DNA from: Octopus sinensis
Lineage: Eukaryota
Direction: 5' to 3'
DNA length: 11,990 bases
Assembly (NCBI RefSeq): GCF_006345805.1
Contig: NW_021826834.1
Location: 1-11,990, forward strand
The notes under the pieces are model-generated. The model searched no databases and had not been told where the DNA came from. It saw nothing but the letters and a program-made list of their open reading frames with translations. Below, piece by piece: positions 1 through 8,947 of the stretch. The number at the start of each line of letters is the position of its first letter. Position 1 is the first letter of the stretch. The translations under genes and the position numbers were made by a program.

Positions 1-140
1 AATGTAATATGCACATACACACACAGACACACAGACAGACAACACATATACGCACACACACACATACATATTTATATAATATATACATATATACACATAT
101 ACATATATATATACATAAATATATGTGTGCACATCTACGC

Positions 141-189
<49 letters not shown>

Positions 190-300
190 TATATGTATAT
201 ATATATTATATATATACATGCATATGTATGTATATGATTAGGTATGCATATACGCTTAGATATACACACACACGTATTGTATATGCATGAACATATACAA
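1..300. repeat. Compound (AC)n/(AT)n microsatellite
   Basis: Directly visible dinucleotide runs; the 9..290 ORF is just their translation (HT/YI repeats). Confidence 0.95.
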
Positions 301-414
301 ACACCAATCTCGTACTCACAAACTGACAATTACACGCATAAAATCTAAACATTTCATCCCTGTTACCTCTCCCTGCATCTATCTCATCACCTCATTGTAT
401 GCATGTATGTATAT

Positions 415-660
415 ACGTGTATGTGTGTTTGAGTGTATGTGTGTGTGAGTGTGCGCGCGCGTGTTTCAGGTATACAAAAAAAATTTTCTCTTAACCAATT
501 CTCTGCCGCATGCAACACTCCTGTTTTTAATCTCTTTCTCTCTTTGTCTTTCTGTCTCTGTGTCATTCTCTCTCTCTCTCTTTGACTTCCTCTCTGTCTG
601 TATGTCTCTCTCTCTCTCTCTTCCCTCTCTCTCTCTCTCTCTCTTCTTTCTCTCTCTTGC
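415..660. repeat. (TG)n followed by (CT)n microsatellite tract
   Basis: Directly visible; explains the ERER/SLSL ORFs. Confidence 0.93.
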
Positions 661-702
661 ACTCTTTTTTTTTATGTCTTTCCTTTTACCAAATTTCTTC
701 TT

Positions 703-801
703 TCTGGAACTCTATTTTTTTCCCAATGAATAATAAAAGATTCTAACACGTCATGCATACTTCCATTACAGCTCATCTTTAATAAGCCAGGGAGCAATTA
801 A
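703..801 (+). repeat. Homology block A, copy 1 (partner at 9372-9471)
   Basis: 726-801 aligns without gaps to 9396-9471 at 63/76 by hand count. The last 26 bp (TCTTTAATAAGC[C/G]AGGGAGCAATTAA) match 25/26. Both copies begin TCTGGAACT. Confidence 0.85.
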
Positions 802-960
802 TGTCACCTGACTGTTTGTCTGTCCTTTTGTCAGTCTGTTACCTGTCTCTGTCACCTAGACATTCACATACAAGCTTTATTCTTACCTCTATCATTCCTT
901 ATCTCTCTCCACCTCTTTCACACCCACATGTATGTATATCCCTGTTATATTTTTTTAAAC

Positions 961-1108
961 TTTTAGTTGTTTCAGTTATTGGACTGCTGCCACGCTGGAG
1001 CAGTACCTTGCGGGTTTTTCCTTTTTTTTTAGTCGAACGAATTGGGATTTTAAAAAGACACCTACCCTAGGTGCCATGCAGTAGGACTGAACCCGTTACC
1101 ATGTGGTT
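961..1108 (-). mobile_element. Internally deleted tRNA-derived SINE remnant (octopus-type)
   Basis: The minus strand carries a B-box-like GGTTCAGTCCT (plus 1083-1093) in a tRNA-like head context. 961-1043 and 1056-1108 resemble the two ends of an abundant octopus SINE as I recall it (not database-checked), with the middle missing. Confidence 0.7.
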
Positions 1109-1140
1109 TATACTACATAGATATAAATACATATATAAAT

Positions 1141-1179
1141 GCATATATTGTGTTGTGCGTGTGAATAAGTATATATATA

Positions 1180-1218
<39 letters not shown>

Positions 1219-1289
1219 AGTTTTAATCTTATATGGAGTCTACATTTAGCATATGCCATGTCCACCTAGTGGTCATCCCTCATATGTAT

Positions 1290-1355
<66 letters not shown>
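1141..1355. repeat. (AT)n microsatellites with a short unique island
   Basis: Directly visible. Confidence 0.93.
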
Positions 1356-1359
<4 letters not shown>

Positions 1360-1395
1360 TGTTTGTCTTTAGGTTTAAAATGCGAATTACTAGCC

Positions 1396-1423
1396 ATCTA
1401 TTCTATCTATCTATCTATCTATC

Positions 1424-1480
<57 letters not shown>
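1396..1480. repeat. (ATCT)n tetranucleotide microsatellite
   Basis: Directly visible. Confidence 0.95.
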
Positions 1481-1544
1481 AAGCTAGCTATCAAGCTAAC
1501 TATCTTTATATAAATAAAATTATTATTAAGTGTATCAAAAGAGA

Positions 1545-2223
1545 TATGCTAAAAAAAACCCATACATTTCTTTAGAAAAATCGATGTGCTTGAATACAAT
1601 TCGCAAAAGGGCATTTAAATTGGAGTCCAGCAGATTGGTCGAATGTGTTGTGGTCGGACGAGTCACAGTTCATTCAACTTGTTCGGCAGTGATGGCAGGA
1701 ATTATGTAAGAAGGCGTATAGGCGAAGAATATCACCCAGAATGCATCCGGCCTACAGTTAAGCACGGTGATAGGAGTGTGATAGTTTGGGGGAGCGTGCC
1801 TAGAAAAGGTGCCGGTCCCATAATCCGAATCAATGGCATTATGGAAAGTAAGTCCAATCTAGAAATATTGGATAGAACTATGTTTCCATACGCCCGAGAG
1901 CATTTGGGCCGATCTTGGACTTTCCAGCATCACAACGACCCGAAACACACCTGGTACCTAGTCAGAGATTACATTAGGTCTAAGAGAATTCGATTGAATC
2001 AGTGGCCGGCGCTGTCGCCCGACCAAAGTCCAATCGAAAATCTTTGGGAAAGGTCGGGTAGAGCTGCGCAAAGTAGTATGCCAAAGAATAAGGATGATTT
2101 TTAAAACATTATTATCAAAACTGGGGGAAAATCTCAGGAACAGTGATAAATGATCTGAACAATTCTATGTTTCACAGATGCAAAGCTGCATTAAGTCATT
2201 TTGGATACCCAACGAAATACTGA
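1545..2223 (+). pseudogene. Tc1-family (DD34E) transposase pseudogene, 5' DNA-binding region missing
   Basis: Motifs across frames: AKK.PYIS (about 1547-1570); QFAKGHLNWSPADWSNVLWSDESQF (first Asp codon 1657-1659); FNLFGSDG..VRRR.GE.YHP.CI.PTVKHG..SV.VWG; FQHHNDPKHT (second Asp mutated to His, CAC 1931-1933); WPALSPDQSPIENLW (Glu 2036-2038, 34 residues between); SMFHRCKAALSHFGYPTKY* (TGA 2221-2223). Lesions: TGA at 1591-1593, TTCA duplication at 1669-1676, TAA at 2102-2104 and a further frameshift near 2120. Confidence 0.95.
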
Positions 2224-2514
2224 TTGTGTGAGCTTATTATTATTTTTTTTATTCTGTTGATCTCAGAATAAACTTTTTAAAGCAAAAAAAAAAAAATGAA
2301 ATTTTACAAATTGTTCTTAAATGAAATGGCGCTATAAATTACGATTTATTTATGATTTAATATGTTGATGTTATGCTGTAAAGTTATATACCATATTAAA
2401 GCACGTGAAAGTTTCTTTTTGATACACATCTTAATTCACAGTTTACATCTTGAATATATAAAAAATGCCATTTTAACATTAGTATACTAGCGTTCTTAAA
2501 TTAAATGGCGCCAC

Positions 2515-2516
<2 letters not shown>
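1545..2516 (+). mobile_element. 5'-truncated Tc1/mariner element with right terminal repeat ending CACTG
   Basis: Transposase remnant, AATAAA at 2267-2272, a 20-bp direct repeat at 2313-2332 and 2492-2511 (19/20 identical), then the Tc1-type terminus CACTG at 2512-2516 running into a TG/TA microsatellite. No left TIR found in the window. Confidence 0.85.
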
Positions 2517-2556
<40 letters not shown>

Positions 2557-2580
2557 CTCGAGTATATATATATGTGTGTG

Positions 2581-2629
<49 letters not shown>

Positions 2630-2640
2630 CGTGTGTGTGA
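2517..2640. repeat. (TG)n/(TA)n microsatellites
   Basis: Directly visible. Confidence 0.93.
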
Positions 2641-2974
2641 TCTCTTTTAGTGTTACAGTTAACGTGTAACGCAAAACAAAATTAAAAAAAAAAGCCTGTT
2701 GCAACATCATTCCGTCGGTGATGAACCTGACAATCCTACTAAACCTACTTCGTAAAGTGGGTTTGCTTTAATTGGATGCCCTGCAAGACAATAAAACAAA
2801 ACATGTCAGAAGGAGGATAAGCGCGGTAAATCTATTTTTCTCGATCGTTGTAACGAGCACAAACTATACCATTCTGTTTGTCCTCTACAAAGTTGTCTTT
2901 CTACCTGCCTTATAGAAACGGTAATAAATAGAGTGGTAATAAATGAAAACTATCTATTGCAGACGTGTATGTCA

Positions 2975-3177
2975 ATGATACTGGATTTAAATTTTAGCAC
3001 AAGGCCAGCAATTGCGAAGGAAGGTGAAGTCGATTACATCAACCCCAGGGCTTAGATCGTATTTATTTTATCGATCAGAAAAGAATGAAAGGCAGAGTCG
3101 ACCTCGGAGGAATTTGAACTCAGAATGTGAAGACGGACGAAATGCCGCTAAACATTTTGCTTTATATGCTAATGATA
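2975..3177 (-). mobile_element. tRNA-derived SINE remnant (second octopus-type family), head truncated
   Basis: B-box GAGTTCAAATTCC on the minus strand (plus 3109-3121), next to the GTCGACCTCGG/GAAAGGCAGAGTCGAC segment I recall from abundant octopus SINEs. The family name is not verified. Confidence 0.75.
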
Positions 3178-3549
3178 TTATAAAAAAAAAATTTTTAACC
3201 CAACGGAAACGTTTAGACTTTTTACTTAGAAGTTTGTTTACGTTTTTGTGAATAGGGATAGAAATTAATAATTCTTGATTATAGCACTGAGACTATGTAA
3301 AATTTGATTTTGTTTTGCGTCGTTATGCTTAAAGACGCAAGTCCAGTCGACAACATTAAGTGAGAACCTGTTGTATATGCAAATGTGTATGGCCTTGCGC
3401 CAGTCTCAAAAATCATTATTAACCGGATCGATTTATATTTTTATTTCAAATCTAGACATATGATTCAGCCAAGCCGTTCATGATTACGATATCAATACAA
3501 TAACCACCGAACAATGTACACTTTAATTTACAATGATATCAAACAAGAC

Positions 3550-4330
3550 AGACCTATGATGAAAGACGTTCCAGCCGTGCTCATACCATTCTTTCATTTA
3601 TTTTCTTTTAAAATATCCAATATTTCCAATTTTAAAGGCAGTATAGTGGAAATTTGATGGATACTCAGCTGCTCTGTCCGTCCGTTCATCTGTCTGCATG
3701 TCTGTCTGTCTATCTGTCTGAGTGTCTGCGTATATCTGTCTTTGTTTTTCTTTCTTTAATAATGTCAGTATTAATCGTTCAAGCGATGGTTATGGCGATG
3801 TAGCCATTGCCGCTCGTCTTTACTCGACAATAAAAACAGACAAATTACAGTATCAGTTATATACTACGTCAGTTAGTCGTCTATAGACTCAATGCCATCC
3901 AGAAAAGAAAAAAAAAGCCCAAAACTGATGTTCTTTTACTAAGAGAAGCAATCAATATGAAGTCATCCATCAGAATTCATGAAAATATGATGAAAGAATG
4001 GCGGCTGTAGGGTAAATAATAATATAACAACAACCATTTGAAAAGGGGGCGCTGCTATAAAAGATGGCGACAACCATTAGGTTATTGTAATACTTCTATA
4101 AAATTGCTTTCTCATTTGTTTCTTTTCTTTCTGTCTGTCTACTTCTTTTTCTTTATTTATAGCCTTCCGTCTTCTATATTTTCTTTTCTTCCTTCCTTCA
4201 TTTTTCCTTGTTGTGCGTTTTAAAATTCAGCTTGACATTTTTAGTTATTATTTCCATTGTTTAAACTATATTTATGATTTTCCTGTTTTCTTTTGTTTGT
4301 TTCGTGTTTGCTTCTTTAAATTAATTAATT
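3550..4330 (+). repeat. Homology block B, copy 1 (partner at about 11097-11990)
   Basis: Continuous similarity by eye, estimated at about 70-85%, including T-rich low-complexity flanks. The core 4036-4117 versus 11572-11653 is 80/82 identical. Confidence 0.92.
4036..4117 (+). promoter_or_regulatory. Conserved promoter-like core, copy 1 (AGGGGGCGCTG, TATAAAAG, AAGATGGCG)
   Basis: Contains a CTCF-3'-half-like GC motif, a TATA-box match and a YY1-like motif, conserved between the duplicated copies. Function is inferred only. Confidence 0.45.
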
Positions 4331-4527
4331 CTTCTTATTCAGTTTTTTTCTTCTCTTCTTCATTTTTCCTTACTTCGTTATTTCTTCCTTCTTTATTTCT
4401 TTCGTTCGTTTCTTCTCCACCATATCTTTCATTTCTTCTATTCTTTCATAAACCGTCTTGAGTAATGTATCTCCGTATTTCTCTTTGACTATCTCGGTCT
4501 CTCTGTTTCTGCCATATTTTCTTTTTA

Positions 4528-4741
<214 letters not shown>

Positions 4742-5192
4742 CGCATATTATAATTATATAAGCATCATTCTTACAATCTACATCTCCATGTCTAATCGAA
4801 AAATTTATTCACTAACAATGTTCTACAAGTAATTAAAAGTAGTCGGGGCTATGTCCAATGTTTGTGTGAAGTAAATAGACAGAGAAAGAATGTTTCAGTT
4901 AGATATGCATATATTTAATTTAGAATAACTTTCCAGGACATCAAGATGGTTTTACGAGTGTTCGATCCTTCATGTAGAATGTTTTCGTGAAGCGTCGAGT
5001 CACAACGTAGAGAGGTTCCGTGGGAGAAAACAGCTGGTCACTAGAAGTTGAATATAAAACGACAGACTGGTACAAAAAGGATAAAAAGAGGAGCAAATTT
5101 ATGCAAAATTTAATAAAGAATCATGTTTTACCATGGTAGTAAAAGTGATCCCTAAAAGATATTAAGTTAGGAAACATTAGATATTCAGGGCT

Positions 5193-5216
5193 TGTGTGTG
5201 TGTGTGTGTTTGTGTT

Positions 5217-5247
<31 letters not shown>

Positions 5248-5380
5248 CCACACACCCACATATATATATATATATTATATACATTGGAAAAAAGATTCCA
5301 ATGTATTATATATATATATATAATATATATAATTATATATATATATCTATATATATATATATATGTATATATTTACATAT
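5193..5380. repeat. (TG)n/(CA)n/(AT)n microsatellites
   Basis: Directly visible. Confidence 0.93.
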
Positions 5381-5423
5381 GTACCGTCTAAGAATCCATA
5401 TTTCAGGAAAAATTGCACTCGTA

Positions 5424-5686
5424 TATTAATTGAAGTGTACAGTATTATATGTCCATTATGGCCGATCTTATCGATTGGTTTTGCAATATGGGTTCAAAGG
5501 AGTGTTAGGTAGCAGTACAATTATCTAACCCTGCAGTCGCCATATTTCATTCTATAATTGCCATCTCTGAAGAACGCATGAATATATGATCGGCCTAGTA
5601 ACTAACACTCTGTTGAACCCCGAGTGCAAAACCGATCAGTAAGATAGGCCGTAATGGATATATGATACTGTACACTTAGATTAATA
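5424..5686. mobile_element. Degenerate fold-back element with about 75-bp inverted arms
   Basis: 5434-5508 versus the reverse complement of 5602-5676 aligns without gaps at 63/75. It extends outward via TATTAAT (5424-5430 / 5680-5686). Element class is uncertain (MITE or Penelope-derived). Confidence 0.7.
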
Positions 5687-5689
5687 CAC

Positions 5690-5765
5690 AAACACACACA
5701 CACACATATATATATATACATATACATATATACATATATATACCTACATATATATATACACACAT
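5690..5765. repeat. (CA)n/(AT)n microsatellite
   Basis: Directly visible. Confidence 0.9.
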
Positions 5766-6529
5766 GTCACTCTTCTCCGTAATTTACAGCCTGCGGGTTT
5801 GTTTACAAATTTATAAATATATATACTAGACTAAAATTGGCTGAAATTGATGGCTGAAATATGTGGCTGAATGCGGATGGAGCCATGAAAGCATTTATAT
5901 CGTTTTCATTTCCCAGTGGTTCGGCCCATCTTTTCTCTGTCAATTGTTTAGGTCTGGTCACTTTAAATGTAGCAAATATTATTAAATAATATGGAATTAT
6001 AGTTTTCGATGCATGCATATGTAGAAAGATGTAAGGCAAAGATTTCACAAATACTTCATAAGACATATACCTGTCCCCGTGTTGGAAATAGAAATTTCCT
6101 CAGCTAGAAAAACTACATAATTAATGAATAAAAAAATCAATAAATAATTAATTTGAATGAGATGAATAAACTACTTCATCAAAAAATAAAAATAAAATAT
6201 GAAAACCAAAACACTGTTGTTGAAAAACAGCATCGGTGTTTGATGCAAATTAATTACTTGTAATTATGTGGATGAGAAAATTTGTGTTTTAACCGTCGAA
6301 ACAGCTGTAGAGTTTATAATGGAATGCTGAAATAACTGTGAAATGTTTGCTTCTTGCTGGTGTAAATATGTTGCTTAGAATGTTTGCTGTGACGAAATTA
6401 TAAATATGTATTCCATTTAGGATTATTGTATTGAAATAATTATATATTGGAGATTAAGGGCGAGTTAATAACTTATCACTTAAAAGTCAGTGAATATACT
6501 TTTATAGCGCTGAATCTTTTTTCCAATAT

Positions 6530-6555
6530 ATACATACATGCATATATATATATAT

Positions 6556-6586
<31 letters not shown>

Positions 6587-6812
6587 GTATATATATATAC
6601 ATATATATATATTATATATATTATACACATATATATATAATATATTAATATATATATATATATATATATAGATAATTATATATATGTGTATGTATGTATG
6701 TATGTATGTATGTATGTATGCGTGTGTGTATGGTGTGCGTGTTCGTGTGTAAAGAATAAAATGTTTGAATGGTACAATAATGCACTATAATAAGACAATG
6801 GGCTAATACCTG

Positions 6813-6860
<48 letters not shown>

Positions 6861-6870
6861 AGGATTAAAA
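6530..6870. repeat. (AT)n, (TATG)n and (TG)n microsatellites
   Basis: Directly visible, with about 80 bp of unique AT-rich spacer. Confidence 0.9.
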
Positions 6871-7069
6871 CCGATTATACCAACGACTCCATCTAATAAT
6901 ATCTTAAGAAGGAATATTATTCCGAAATATCATATCAGATTATGGATGACTAAATTACAACAGGTATATAGTCCATTGTCTGTATTATGGTGCATTGTTG
7001 TACCATTAAAAACTTTTTATTCTTTACAAACAATACACAATGCCTCAAGCGAACTAAAATACTCTCCTA

Positions 7070-7081
7070 TATACACACACA

Positions 7082-7172
<91 letters not shown>

Positions 7173-7240
7173 ATGCATGTATGTATATATGCACATGTAT
7201 AAAGACACGTGCGCGCATACACACACATATACGCACATTA
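7070..7240. repeat. (AC)n/(AT)n microsatellite
   Basis: Directly visible. Confidence 0.93.
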
Positions 7241-7821
7241 AATAAATCGCTTAATATTTATTGTACGCAAAGTAATAGTACTATTTTTCTGAAGCCTGTC
7301 GATCTGACGTGTATATAAACAGGTTGGTTTCTTGTTTCTCTACGATTCGTCAAGCGATGTAGACACCGCCGGTAAAATTCAGTGTGGATCGAGAATCGTT
7401 GAAGTCACTTCGTAAATTTTTGGATCCACGGAGAAATAGATAACTTTGAGGTTTTTTTTTATGTATACTGTGTATGATTACATACATACATACATACACG
7501 TCTGTCTAGCTATCTATCTGTATACCAAAAGAATTGGTTTGCATTTCTTGTCGGAAAAAAAAGTACCATACGCAGCGGGAGAAAGGAAGGTTTGCATACA
7601 TGAGCAACTTAACTAATTGTCTTCCTCGAAAAACCTCAGACAAATTCGCGCCTTGGAGAGGAACATTGCAAACGGAAAGGAATTTTTCAGGTGCAGTCAA
7701 ACAATGAACACCAGCTGTCAACTGCTTATATATATATATATATATATATAGTTAACGTTAGATGTGTGGAAACAATTAATAAAATCTCTCGTATTGTCCA
7801 CCTTCCGTCTTTCATTAACAG

Positions 7822-7860
7822 ATACGTAACGAACACTATAAAAGTGATCGTGCTTTACTA
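7822..7860 (+). other. Candidate 39-nt internal micro-exon
   Basis: Preceded by the pyrimidine tract CCACCTTCCGTCTTTCATTAACAG and followed by GTAAGT. Length is 3n, open in phases 0 and 2. No homology recognised. Confidence 0.25.
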
Positions 7861-8127
7861 GTAAGTTACCAGGTATAAACCATTCGTTTTATTATCTAAT
7901 ATCTAATATATATATATATATATATACGTAAATGTCAAACATTGAAATTGAGTCAACGCAAAATTGGTAGATATAATTTCTTTATTTGAGAATTAAGGCT
8001 ACCATTGGTTTCATGTTAAGAAAAGTAGGAAAATATCCTAGTGTCTTAGCAATTTTTTAAGCCGATCACATTGCGGAAAGGTGTTCGTCTCCATTTTCGA
8101 AAACATAGTCTATAGCCACACACAGAC

Positions 8128-8190
8128 ACACAGACACACAGACACACAGTCACAGACACACAGACACAGACACACAGACACAGACACACA

Positions 8191-8228
<38 letters not shown>

Positions 8229-8247
8229 ACACACACACACACACAAA
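8128..8247. repeat. (ACACAG)n/(AC)n compound microsatellite
   Basis: Directly visible. Confidence 0.93.
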
Positions 8248-8409
8248 TACATGGAGGCCAAAGTCGGCCTCGCTACCTGGCTCCCCAATACTGTCAATAA
8301 CAAGGTGTTATAATACTCGACGACTAAAGGCAAATAGTTATGTGAAAAGATGATTTGACACAAGAGAATAACTGATTCTATTAACATTTGGCTACCATCA
8401 TTCACATTT

Positions 8410-8510
8410 CTGATGATGACGATGATGATGATGGTAATGGTGGTAATAGTAGTGGTGGTGGTAGTGGTGGTGGTGGCAGTGGTGGTGGTGGTAGTGGTGG
8501 AGACAGTGGT
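8410..8510. repeat. (GAT)n then (GGT)n trinucleotide repeats
   Basis: Directly visible; gives the D/G-rich spurious ORF 8388..8582. Confidence 0.9.
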
Positions 8511-8685
8511 GTTATTGACGGGTTGGTGTTAGTGGGAGTGATGTCGATCACTATATGTCTATGCCTTGCTTTCTCTTACTAGCTCCGATTCAACCACCTA
8601 TCTGCATTCCATTTTTCTGATTATATATATGTATATGTATATATATACATATATGTATATGTATATATATACATACACACACACA

Positions 8686-8710
<25 letters not shown>

Positions 8711-8716
<6 letters not shown>

Positions 8717-8809
8717 GGAAAGAAGGTTTGAAATGCAATTTTTAAAAGATGTTTATTTACTAAATAAACATCTTTTAAAATTGCATTTTCAAACCTTCTT
8801 TCGTATATA
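8711..8809. repeat. Near-perfect 99-bp AT-rich palindrome with 1-nt centre
   Basis: 8718-8759 versus the reverse complement of 8761-8802 differ only in two homopolymer lengths. The centre is C8760, and TATATA flanks extend the arms after one mismatch. Confidence 0.92.
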
Positions 8810-8857
8810 ATTCCACTCGTGAAGTAACCTAAAACTCCACTTTGGTATATATATATA

Positions 8858-8896
<39 letters not shown>

Positions 8897-8947
8897 ATCG
8901 CCATATTAATATGGCAGTCTTATAGATATAAGACTAAAAGCTGTCGC

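Noticed and set aside
9-733. ORFs 9..290, 387..662 and 449..733
   Set aside because: Translations of (AC)n, (AT)n and (CT)n microsatellites; stop-free only because of low complexity.
5838-5877. Three 13-14-bp TGGCTGAA-containing tandem units
   Set aside because: Too short and irregular to be a CRISPR-like or functional array; consistent with ordinary slippage.
5917-6030. Plus-strand 114-nt segment between a good acceptor and GTAAGG
   Set aside because: Stops in all three frames and no other support.
7290-7720. Higher-complexity islands with short open frames (for example minus ORF 7506..7721)
   Set aside because: No recognisable domain or consistent splice-site pair; cannot be supported from sequence alone.
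8388-8582. D/G-rich ORF with a hydrophobic C-terminus, and a CTGATGA at about 8410
   Set aside because: Explained by (GAT)n/(GGT)n repeats. The CTGATGA has no stem II-GAAA, so it is not a hammerhead.
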